Virus record (IMG/VR): IMGVR_UViG_3300030118_002460
Span: 22,332 to 86,331 of that record
DNA from: a virus
Reading direction: 5' to 3' (one strand)
DNA: 64,000 bases
Position numbers and translations under genes: made by a program. Below are positions 56,530-64,000 of this stretch, one piece after another; position 1 is the first letter of the stretch, and every line of letters starts with the position of its first letter. Below the pieces are notes generated by a model, which made no database searches, was not told where the DNA came from, and worked only from the letters and a program-made list of their open reading frames with translations.

Positions 56530-57063
56530 ATGGCACTTTGGGGAAATAACGACAATGTTTTATCAACTGGGACAGTAAGTCTCGATTATGCAACTCGTGT
56601 TGTCACAGGAGCAGGTACTTCATTTGGCATTGCTGGTGGCCTGTCTGAAGGTGATGTGATTAGATTTGGTATTAGAGGACTTGGTGGAACCTATTTTGGT
56701 GATGCAGTTGTTGCATCTATTGCTAGTTCTACCAGTGTAACTATTGCTTCTACCATGGGTCTTAGTGGTGCTGCAATTGCAAGTACTGACTTCTCTGTAT
56801 CCCAACTTCCTAAGTCCAGTGTTCTGGATTCCAAGTTTAGTGAAGCATCCTATGGAACTAATGATTCACTGGTCTATGGTGTAAACCAGGCAGAGGGTCT
56901 TCTTGGTTCTAACCCTGAATACTATGGTATGCATGAAGGATGGGTTGGTGTTACCACCTATGTTGATAATGAAGGTGTATTCAGAGTCAAGAAAGAAACT
57001 CTGGTTGCAATGTCAGGTATCACAACTGCACCACAAGACTTCTCATATCCTACACCTGAATGA
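56530..57063 (+). CDS. Putative virion structural protein
   Basis: MALWG.ND N-terminus; HEGWVG...RVKKETLVAM C-terminus; late promoter upstream. Confidence 0.75.
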   Translation: MALWGNNDNVLSTGTVSLDYATRVVTGAGTSFGIAGGLSEGDVIRFGIRGLGGTYFGDAVVASIASSTSVTIASTMGLSGAAIASTDFSVSQLPKSSVLDSKFSEASYGTNDSLVYGVNQAEGLLGSNPEYYGMHEGWVGVTTYVDNEGVFRVKKETLVAMSGITTAPQDFSYPTPE

Positions 57064-57066
57064 TAG

Positions 57067-57447
57067 ATGCAGTTTACTGAATTGAATGAGAAGAATTTTC
57101 TTCTATTTGCCATTAAAAATTATCAAAACCCACAAGCAGTAACTCGTGAGGACTTTGATAAAGACCTGAATCATTTCAGGTATATCAAGAGACTCTTGAA
57201 GAGATACAAGAGTAGTGGTGAACTAAGAACACATCTATTGATTAATCACTTCATCATACTGTATAATGTATTTGGAGATGCTACTACTCCCATGCTTTTC
57301 TATAAAGTTGATAGGGAGTTGTGGGATGTCACAAAGACTTTCATAGTCTTTCTAAATAGACTCCCAGACTATCCTCATACTATTATTCATGATATTGACA
57401 TGGATGAAACTTGTTTAGAGGAGTTAAAGAGGGCTACCAATGGATAA
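57067..57447 (+). CDS. Conserved T4-like hypothetical protein
   Basis: FLLFAIKNY.NP..EDF.KDL..F.YIKRL, HLLINH.IILYNVF. Confidence 0.8.
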   Translation: MQFTELNEKNFLLFAIKNYQNPQAVTREDFDKDLNHFRYIKRLLKRYKSSGELRTHLLINHFIILYNVFGDATTPMLFYKVDRELWDVTKTFIVFLNRLPDYPHTIIHDIDMDETCLEELKRATNG

Positions 57448-57751
57448 AGACAAAATTGATAGGGTTATCAATGCATTTCGTTCAGCAATGTATAGTGAAT
57501 TCAGTGTCTCAGAGGAAGGAATGGTGGCAAATCCTCCTGGGGGATCTGGCGGATTTAGTGGTTCCGCCAATAGTCGTGGGCCTGTTGCTGGTTATGATTC
57601 ATCCCTTAAGTTTGATGGTCGTAACAAATTTGTAAGGAAGGCTATTAAAGATTTGATGGACAGAAGAACTAAGAGAGAAGAGAGAAAAGCAAAGAAGAAG
57701 GCATTAAATTACAATCCCTACTTCAAACCACAAGATGGAAGATCAAGTTAA
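57440..57751 (+). CDS. Hypothetical protein
   Basis: Coupled ORF; GPVAGYD motif and basic tail. Confidence 0.65.
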   Translation: MDKDKIDRVINAFRSAMYSEFSVSEEGMVANPPGGSGGFSGSANSRGPVAGYDSSLKFDGRNKFVRKAIKDLMDRRTKREERKAKKKALNYNPYFKPQDGRSS

Positions 57752-58115
57752 GATTGCAGTAGTAGAACAAAAATTAGAAGATTTGAGACCTGTGATTCTA
57801 AAGATTGATGCTGCGATTGAAAAATTATCTGAGGTAAATACAACAGTTAGCAGAATGCTTGCTGTCCATGAAGAACGTATATCGAAACAAGAAGAGATTG
57901 ACACTGTACTCTTTGCAAAGATTGACAAACTCCGTGATAAAATGGACTCAGATCATGACAGTGTGCTGTCAAGATTACGTCAATTAGAGAAGAGGATGTG
58001 GATGTTGATGGGTGCCATGGCTGTTATATCCTTTGCAGTTAACAGTGGCAATCTCATAACAAAGGTCTTGACGCTTCAAGATTCTCCACCTACAATAGAA
58101 AGGAATATGAACTAA
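57735..58115 (+). CDS. Coiled-coil protein with C-terminal TM helix
   Basis: MLAVHEERI coiled coil; MWMLMGAMAVISFAV hydrophobic segment. Confidence 0.7.
   Translation: MEDQVKIAVVEQKLEDLRPVILKIDAAIEKLSEVNTTVSRMLAVHEERISKQEEIDTVLFAKIDKLRDKMDSDHDSVLSRLRQLEKRMWMLMGAMAVISFAVNSGNLITKVLTLQDSPPTIERNMN
58068..58096 (+). promoter_or_regulatory. Sigma70-type promoter for primase-nrd operon
   Basis: TTGACG-17nt-TACAAT. Confidence 0.7.
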
Positions 58116-58120
58116 ACAGT

Positions 58121-59110
58121 ATGGATTATATTGATGTGAAATACATCAATTTGATTTCTTCAAGACTATCAAAGTTCAAGAGAGTAAAACCTAACCTCTA
58201 CAATTGTAGATGCCCTATCTGTGGAGACTCACAGAAGAATAAGAATAAGGCAAGAGGTTATTTTTACAGAATCAAGAACAATAGTAACTACAAGTGTCAT
58301 AACTGTGGTGTCAACATGTCTCTCAATAATTTCTTGAAAGAAATTGACCCAGAGACACATAAAGAGTATGTCTTTGAGAAGTTTAAGGAAGGTCACACTG
58401 GTAAGAACTTTGTGACTGAAACTCCTGAGGATGTATTCAAGAATCTTGCAACCAAACCTACCTTCAAGAAGAAGGTGAAGATTGACTTGCCTGGTGCTTT
58501 TGATGTTGATAGGTCCAGGGCATACCTCAATGAAAGAGCAATCTTCTCTGGGGAGTTCTATTATGCTGAAAACTTTAAAGAGTTCATAAACAATATCAAA
58601 CCTGATACCTTTGACAGTATCAAGTATGGTGAACAAAGGATTGTTATTCCTTTATACTATGAAGGAAAACTGATAGGGGTTCAAGGCAGAGCACTGTCTA
58701 CAAACCCTATTAAATACTTAACCATCATGTTGGATGATGATGCCCCCAAAATCTATGGACTTGACAGAATCAACACAGACCAACCAATCTACATCATTGA
58801 AGGACCCTTTGACTCCACGTTCGTGGAAAACAGTATTGCCATGTGTGGGGCTGACGTTGATGTTGGGTCGTTTGGTTGGAGCAATTATATTTGGGTTTAT
58901 GATAATGAACCTAGGAACAGAGAGATCACCAACAGAATCTCCAAAACAATTGATAGAGGAGACAAGGTAGTAATCTGGCCATCCAACATTAGGGAGAAGG
59001 ATCTAAATGATATGATCCTTGCTGGACACAATGTCCAGAAGATAGTAGAATCAAATACACATTCTGGTTTAGAAGCAAAACTTAAATTCAACACCTGGAA
59101 AAAGATATGA
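58121..59110 (+). CDS. gp61: DNA primase gp61
   Basis: RCPICGDS..KARG..CHNC zinc finger, IEGPFDS, YDNEPRN, KDLND TOPRIM motifs. Confidence 0.96.
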   Translation: MDYIDVKYINLISSRLSKFKRVKPNLYNCRCPICGDSQKNKNKARGYFYRIKNNSNYKCHNCGVNMSLNNFLKEIDPETHKEYVFEKFKEGHTGKNFVTETPEDVFKNLATKPTFKKKVKIDLPGAFDVDRSRAYLNERAIFSGEFYYAENFKEFINNIKPDTFDSIKYGEQRIVIPLYYEGKLIGVQGRALSTNPIKYLTIMLDDDAPKIYGLDRINTDQPIYIIEGPFDSTFVENSIAMCGADVDVGSFGWSNYIWVYDNEPRNREITNRISKTIDRGDKVVIWPSNIREKDLNDMILAGHNVQKIVESNTHSGLEAKLKFNTWKKI

Positions 59111-61407
59111 GTAATGGTACAAAGGTAAAAAAGAGAGATGGGAGAATTGAATCTCTTGATCTGGATAAGATGCATTTAATGGTTCAAGAGGCATGTGAGG
59201 GTCTTGCAGGGGTCTCTGCCAGTCAAGTTGAGATGACATCAGGCATTCAGTTCTATGATGGCATTACAACAGCAGAGATTCAAGAGATTCTGATTAAGAG
59301 TGCCTCTGACCTGATTGATCTGGAACATCCTAACTATCAGTTTGTTGCTGCCAGACTGCTCCTGTTTGCTATCAGGAAGCAATTGTATGGTAAAGTACGT
59401 GAGTTGCCTGCCCTTTCAGATCATGTCACTAGTTGTGCTTATGATGGCATCTATGACAAAGATATCTTTACCAAATACTCTCTGGAAGAGATTCAAAAGG
59501 CAGAATCTTTTGTTGATCATGATCGTGACTTTCTCTTTACCTATGCTGGTTTGAGGCAGGTTGCAGATAAATATCTAGTGCAGGATCGTAGTTCAGGAAG
59601 GGTCTACGAAACTCCACAGTTCATGTACATTATGATTGCATTGACAATCTTCCGTGACTATCCAAAGGACACAAGGATGTCCTATGTCAAGAGGTATTAC
59701 GATGCAATCTCAAAGCACAAGATCAACATCCCAACACCAATCATGGCAGGGGTCAGAACCCCACTTAGACAATTTGCTAGCTGTGTTCTTGTTGATGTTG
59801 ATGACACCCTCGATTCTATCTTTAGCTCTGATATGGCTATTGGCAGATACGTTGCACAGAGGGCGGGCATCGGCATCAACGCAGGCAGAATCCGTGGCAT
59901 CAACTCTAAGATCAGAGGTGGAGAAGTTCAACACACAGGCGTTATACCTTTCCTTAAAAAGTTTGAATCAACTGTCCGCTGCTGTACACAAAATGGAATA
60001 CGAGGTGGCTCAGCGACTGTCCACTTCCCAATCTGGCACCAAGAAATAGAGGATATCCTTGTACTTAAAAACAATAAAGGGACAGAAGATAATCGTGTCA
60101 GAAAACTCGATTACAGCATCCAGATTTCTAAACTCTTCTATGAGAGATTCATTAAGGATCAGGAGATTAGTCTCTTCTCTCCACATGACGTTCCAGGTCT
60201 CTATGATGCTTTTGGGACTGATAGGTTTGATCAACTATATCTGGATTACGAACAAGATGAGTCTGTTCCTAGAAAGACGATTGGGGGTCAAAATCTTATT
60301 CTAAGTCTTCTCAAAGAGAGAGCAGAGACTGGTCGTATCTACATTATGAACATTGACCATTGCAATTCTCACTCATCTTTCAAGGACAAGGTGAACATGA
60401 GTAATCTGTGTCAGGAGATCACCCTGCCAACAGATCCTATTAATCACATTGATGATGAAATGCCTGGTGAGATTGCACTTTGTATCCTGTCTGCAATCAA
60501 TGTAGGCAAGGTCAAGTCTGATCATGAATTGGAAGAACTCTGTGATCTATCAGTCAGAGGACTAGAAGAATTGATTGACTATCAGGAGTATCCTGTAAGG
60601 GCAGCAGAGGTTGCTACAAAGGCACGTAGGTCCCTTGGAGTGGGATTCATTGGTCTGGCACACTATCTTGCCAGGTTGGGTTATAATTATGGTTCTCAGG
60701 AAGCGTGGGATGCTGTTCATGGTCTGTCAGAGTCCTTCCAATATTATCTCTTGAAGTCTTCTAATCAGATTGCCAAAGAGAAAGGACACTGTGAATACTT
60801 TGGACGCACCAAGTATGCTGATGGCATCCTTCCAATTGATACATACAAGAAGGAAGTTGATGAAATTACCTCACAGGAGTTACAACATGATTGGGATGGC
60901 CTACGTGATTCTATCAACCAGTATGGTCTCAGACATTCAACCCTCTCAGCGCAAATGCCATCAGAGAGCAGCAGTGTTGTCTCAAACGCCACCAATGGAA
61001 TTGAACCACCCAGAGACTATCTGTCAATCAAGAAGTCCAAGAAAGGGCCTCTTAAGCAGATTGTTCCACAGTATGCTACATTGAAGAATAACTACACACT
61101 TCTATGGGAAATGCCTGACAATACAGGTTACATAAATGTGGTGTCTGTGATGCAAAAATTCTTTGATCAGGCCATATCTGGTAATTGGAGTTACAATCCA
61201 GAGAACTATCCTGACAATGAAGTTCCAGTTTCTGTGATGGCAGGTGATCTTTTGACTACATATAAGTATGGTTGGAAGACTTCTTACTACCAGAACACCT
61301 ATGACATCAAGACAGATGAGGTAGTTGAAGACAAGTCTAAATTAGATAATCTGTTACAAGAACTAAGTCAAGTCGAGGAGGGAGAGTGTGAATCCTGTGC
61401 AGTTTAA
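59107..61407 (+). CDS. nrdA: Class Ia ribonucleotide reductase alpha subunit
   Basis: ATP cone VKKRDG, PTPIMAG, ASCVL, SNLCQEI, MPSESSS, KTSYY, C-terminal CESC. Confidence 0.98.
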   Translation: MSNGTKVKKRDGRIESLDLDKMHLMVQEACEGLAGVSASQVEMTSGIQFYDGITTAEIQEILIKSASDLIDLEHPNYQFVAARLLLFAIRKQLYGKVRELPALSDHVTSCAYDGIYDKDIFTKYSLEEIQKAESFVDHDRDFLFTYAGLRQVADKYLVQDRSSGRVYETPQFMYIMIALTIFRDYPKDTRMSYVKRYYDAISKHKINIPTPIMAGVRTPLRQFASCVLVDVDDTLDSIFSSDMAIGRYVAQRAGIGINAGRIRGINSKIRGGEVQHTGVIPFLKKFESTVRCCTQNGIRGGSATVHFPIWHQEIEDILVLKNNKGTEDNRVRKLDYSIQISKLFYERFIKDQEISLFSPHDVPGLYDAFGTDRFDQLYLDYEQDESVPRKTIGGQNLILSLLKERAETGRIYIMNIDHCNSHSSFKDKVNMSNLCQEITLPTDPINHIDDEMPGEIALCILSAINVGKVKSDHELEELCDLSVRGLEELIDYQEYPVRAAEVATKARRSLGVGFIGLAHYLARLGYNYGSQEAWDAVHGLSESFQYYLLKSSNQIAKEKGHCEYFGRTKYADGILPIDTYKKEVDEITSQELQHDWDGLRDSINQYGLRHSTLSAQMPSESSSVVSNATNGIEPPRDYLSIKKSKKGPLKQIVPQYATLKNNYTLLWEMPDNTGYINVVSVMQKFFDQAISGNWSYNPENYPDNEVPVSVMAGDLLTTYKYGWKTSYYQNTYDIKTDEVVEDKSKLDNLLQELSQVEEGECESCAV

Positions 61408-62584
61408 GGTGTCAACATTTAATGAAACAAAAGAAAAGAGAGAAGTGAAGGGGATGACTGTGTTCAACAGTCAACCTCATGATTACAAGAAACAACCCAT
61501 GTTCTTTGGGCAACCTCTTGGTGTCCAAAGATATGACTCCTATAAGTATCCAATCTTTGAGAAACTGACCACTCAACAGTTGGGTTACTTCTGGAGACCA
61601 GAGGAAGTATCTCTGCAGAAAGATCGTGGTGACTATCAGACCCTAAGACCAGAGCAAAAGCACATTTATACCAGTAACCTCAAGTATCAAATCTTGTTGG
61701 ATTCTGTGCAAGGTCGTGGTCCTGGTATGGCTTTTATTCCATACTGTTCATTGCCTGAACTTGAATCCTGCATGGAGGTTTGGGGATTCATGGAGATGAT
61801 CCACAGCAGGTCATACACATACATCATCAAGAATGTTTATCCTGATCCAGCAGAGGTCTTTGATAAGATTCTATATGATGATCGTATTCTTGACCGTGCT
61901 GCCAGTGTGACTGGTGCCTATGATGAATTCATCAATGCTGCCCAAGAATATGGTGCTGGCAATATGTGGGAGTTGAATAATGAAGGACACCTCGCTGGTC
62001 AAACTGAACTCAGAGAAGTTAAGAGAAAACTTTACAGAGCTGTTGCCAATGTCAACATACTGGAAGGTATTAGGTTTTATGTTTCTTTTGCTTGTAGTTT
62101 TGCCTTTGGTGAACTTAAGCTTATGGAGGGATCAGCAAAGATTATCTCCCTTATTGCAAGAGACGAGAACCAACACCTTGCAATCACCCAAAACATTTTG
62201 AAAAAATGGAAGGATGGTGATGATCCTGTTATGGCAGAAATTGCCAGAGAGGAGGAGGAGAATGTCTATGCTATGTTTGATAAGGCAGTCAATGAAGAGA
62301 GAGCATGGGCAGACTACCTGTTTAGAGATGGAAGCATGATTGGTCTTAATGACACACTTCTTAAAAAGTATGTTGAGTGGACTGCCAATCGCAGAATGAA
62401 GGCACTTGGCATGAAACCAATGTATGATGTAGCAGCAAATGCTAATCCACTTCCCTGGACACAACACTGGATCTCTTCTAAGGGTCTCCAAGTTGCACCT
62501 CAGGAGACAGAGGTAGAATCATATGTTGTTGGAGGTATTAAGCAAGATGTCAAGAAGGACACCTTTGCAGGATTCTCACTCTAA
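61388..62584 (+). CDS. nrdB: Class Ia ribonucleotide reductase beta subunit
   Basis: FWRPEEV, LDSVQG, EMIHSRSY, LEGIRFY, RDENQH, APQETE..SY. Confidence 0.98.
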   Translation: MNPVQFKVSTFNETKEKREVKGMTVFNSQPHDYKKQPMFFGQPLGVQRYDSYKYPIFEKLTTQQLGYFWRPEEVSLQKDRGDYQTLRPEQKHIYTSNLKYQILLDSVQGRGPGMAFIPYCSLPELESCMEVWGFMEMIHSRSYTYIIKNVYPDPAEVFDKILYDDRILDRAASVTGAYDEFINAAQEYGAGNMWELNNEGHLAGQTELREVKRKLYRAVANVNILEGIRFYVSFACSFAFGELKLMEGSAKIISLIARDENQHLAITQNILKKWKDGDDPVMAEIAREEEENVYAMFDKAVNEERAWADYLFRDGSMIGLNDTLLKKYVEWTANRRMKALGMKPMYDVAANANPLPWTQHWISSKGLQVAPQETEVESYVVGGIKQDVKKDTFAGFSL

Positions 62585-62662
62585 AATAGAGGCAAAGAGA
62601 CAAGACGACTGGTGGTTCCATGAGGAGCCACCTCTAAATAATGAGGAGAGTATTATGACTAA

Positions 62663-63154
62663 GTGGAAGAAGAAGGTAAAGAATATCCTGAGTACCCCAA
62701 TCCCTGGACATATTGTGACAGGATCTTTGACGGGTCTCTTATTGGGGATAACTGGGGCTTTGTTTATCGTATTACCTGCAACCCCACAAAGAAGCAATAC
62801 ATTGGGAGAAAATATTTCTTTCAAAGACGAAAGCCTAGAAATAGTTCTGGTAGTGGAAGGAGGAGGAGAGTTACAAGTGAAAGCAACTGGCGCAACTACT
62901 ATGGAAGTTCTGACGAGCTTAAAGCAGATGTTGCCAAATATGGGAGAGACGCTTTTACTAGAGAGATCTTATCCTTACACACCACACCAGGGCGTGTAAA
63001 TTATGAGGAGACCAGGCAGCTGTTCTTACACAATGTGCTGACTGAGAGCTTGACAGATGGGACACCTGCATTTTACAATAGCAATGTCCTAGGACGTTAT
63101 TACAGGAAAGACTATTTTGATTTTAGAGACACTACTGGCACTGACCCCAATTGA
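62663..63154 (+). CDS. GIY-YIG endonuclease (EndoII/DenA-like position after nrdB)
   Basis: GFVYRI...YIGRK, WRNYYGSS, FTREIL, E...L, YNSN. Confidence 0.88.
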   Translation: MEEEGKEYPEYPNPWTYCDRIFDGSLIGDNWGFVYRITCNPTKKQYIGRKYFFQRRKPRNSSGSGRRRRVTSESNWRNYYGSSDELKADVAKYGRDAFTREILSLHTTPGRVNYEETRQLFLHNVLTESLTDGTPAFYNSNVLGRYYRKDYFDFRDTTGTDPN

Positions 63155-63515
63155 CTACCATCACCTTGCACGCACTGTGCAGGTAGAAGCAGCACTTGGT
63201 ACTATGGATGAGTACTGTGTCGCTACTTCAATTCTGAATAGAGTCAGGTCACCATACTTTCCCAATACTGTTGCTGATGTGGTCTATGCACCAAGGCAAT
63301 ATGAGGGTCTTACATATTACAGACCAGTTGCAAATCAATCATTGGTCAATGAAATGCAGTCAGAGGTAGGAAGACAAAGGTTCATTGAGGCATACTCTAT
63401 CATTGGTGATAGAACAGACTTTAAGGGGCAATCTATGCTCTCTTACAGAGTATCAAGTGAAGATCCAATGTGTCATTCAAGAGGCAACTTTTTCCACTAC
63501 CACTGGCAATCATGA
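63117..63515 (+). CDS. Cell wall hydrolase (SleB/CwlJ-like)
   Basis: LAR.V..EA, VA..ILNRV.SP.FPNTVADVVY.P.QY, GNFF. Confidence 0.85.
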   Translation: MILETLLALTPIDYHHLARTVQVEAALGTMDEYCVATSILNRVRSPYFPNTVADVVYAPRQYEGLTYYRPVANQSLVNEMQSEVGRQRFIEAYSIIGDRTDFKGQSMLSYRVSSEDPMCHSRGNFFHYHWQS

Positions 63516-63877
63516 TTTTCAAGAGAATCAAGAAGAAAGTAAAACAGGTGTTTGAAACTCAAACCTCTCTTCTACAAAAGAAAGCAAACACATTCAGAGT
63601 TGAAGATGTTAAAGATGATCTGGAAGATGATTACACAGGGGTTCCCGCACCTGTAGTTGCACCCTCTGATCCTTGGTTTATTGATCCCCCACTAACTGAA
63701 AAGCAAATGGACTACATGGAAAGAGAGACAGAAATCAAGAAGAAGGAGAGTGTCAAGGAAGATCCAGACATTCATCAAAAGATGTATGAGATTGCTACAA
63801 AGAGTTGGAGCACAGTTCAGGTCAGTGACGAAGGATGGATGTCAGGCACTGGATATCAAGGTCAATTCAGAGCTTGA
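63512..63877 (+). CDS. Hypothetical protein
   Basis: ATGA coupling to the hydrolase. Confidence 0.6.
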   Translation: MIFKRIKKKVKQVFETQTSLLQKKANTFRVEDVKDDLEDDYTGVPAPVVAPSDPWFIDPPLTEKQMDYMERETEIKKKESVKEDPDIHQKMYEIATKSWSTVQVSDEGWMSGTGYQGQFRA

Positions 63878-63902
63878 CAACTCATTAAGCACCAAGTATA
63901 TT
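63874..63902 (+). promoter_or_regulatory. Sigma70-type promoter for tRNA
   Basis: TTGACA-17nt-TATATT; short GTGGTT-GAGA-GACCAC hairpin follows. Confidence 0.8.
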
Positions 63903-63929
63903 ATAAAAGTGGTTGAGAGACCACACTTT

Positions 63930-64000
63930 GGGCCATTAGTTAAGTGGATATAACCTCCGCCTTCTAAGCGGATATCCCAGGTTCGAGTCCTGGATGGCCT
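63930..64000 (+). tRNA. trnR: tRNA-Arg(UCU), 3' end at the window edge
   Basis: Acceptor GGGCCAT/ATGGCCT, anticodon arm TCCGC-CTTCTAA-GCGGA, T arm CCAGG-TTCGAGT-CCTGG. Confidence 0.95.

Noticed and set aside
59107-62584. Introns or inteins in nrdA/nrdB (also checked gp17, gp41, gp20)
   Set aside because: Continuous ORFs of normal length with no insertion motifs.
62523-62654. 5' extension of the 62523-62999 ORF
   Set aside because: Overlaps the nrdB end with no RBS; if this frame is real, the supported start is ATG 62655.
62663-63154. Mobile homing endonuclease
   Set aside because: Short, lacks C-terminal DNA-binding repeats and sits in the conserved post-nrdB position; more likely a resident nuclease.
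1-64000. CRISPR array, IS element, integrase, reverse transcriptase or diversity-generating retroelement
   Set aside because: No regularly spaced direct repeats, terminal inverted repeats or matching protein motifs found by eye; a dot-plot would be needed to exclude short dispersed repeats.

Overview
64 kb from the core of a T4-like cyanomyovirus (Kyanoviridae-type). Every credible gene is on the + strand. Order: 3' part of a large virion protein, neck/tail/head module (gp13-14-15-16-17-18-19-20-21-22-23-3), uvsY-uvsW-gp55-gp47-gp46, a VWA/peptidase + MoxR-type AAA (cobS-like) pair, gp45-gp44-dam-gp62-regA-hsp20, DNA polymerase, uvsX-gp41-mazG, a late block of lysine-rich putative internal head proteins with a nuclease-like ORF and an amino-methyltransferase, primase, nrdA-nrdB, GIY-YIG nuclease, cell-wall hydrolase and tRNA-Arg(UCU). 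Most unusual observations: (1) gp43 is split into two coupled genes with no intein; (2) several late proteins look like polyproteins of small basic Cys-pair modules separated by prohead-protease-type sites; (3) psbN and an NblA-like gene that are missing or mis-started in the ORF track; (4) structured RNAs around hsp20, including a ROSE-like thermometer; (5) extreme CpG depletion with CG-rich patches; (6) a possible overprinted membrane protein inside the GIY-YIG gene. All calls come from motif recognition, synteny and manual reading; no database searches were run.
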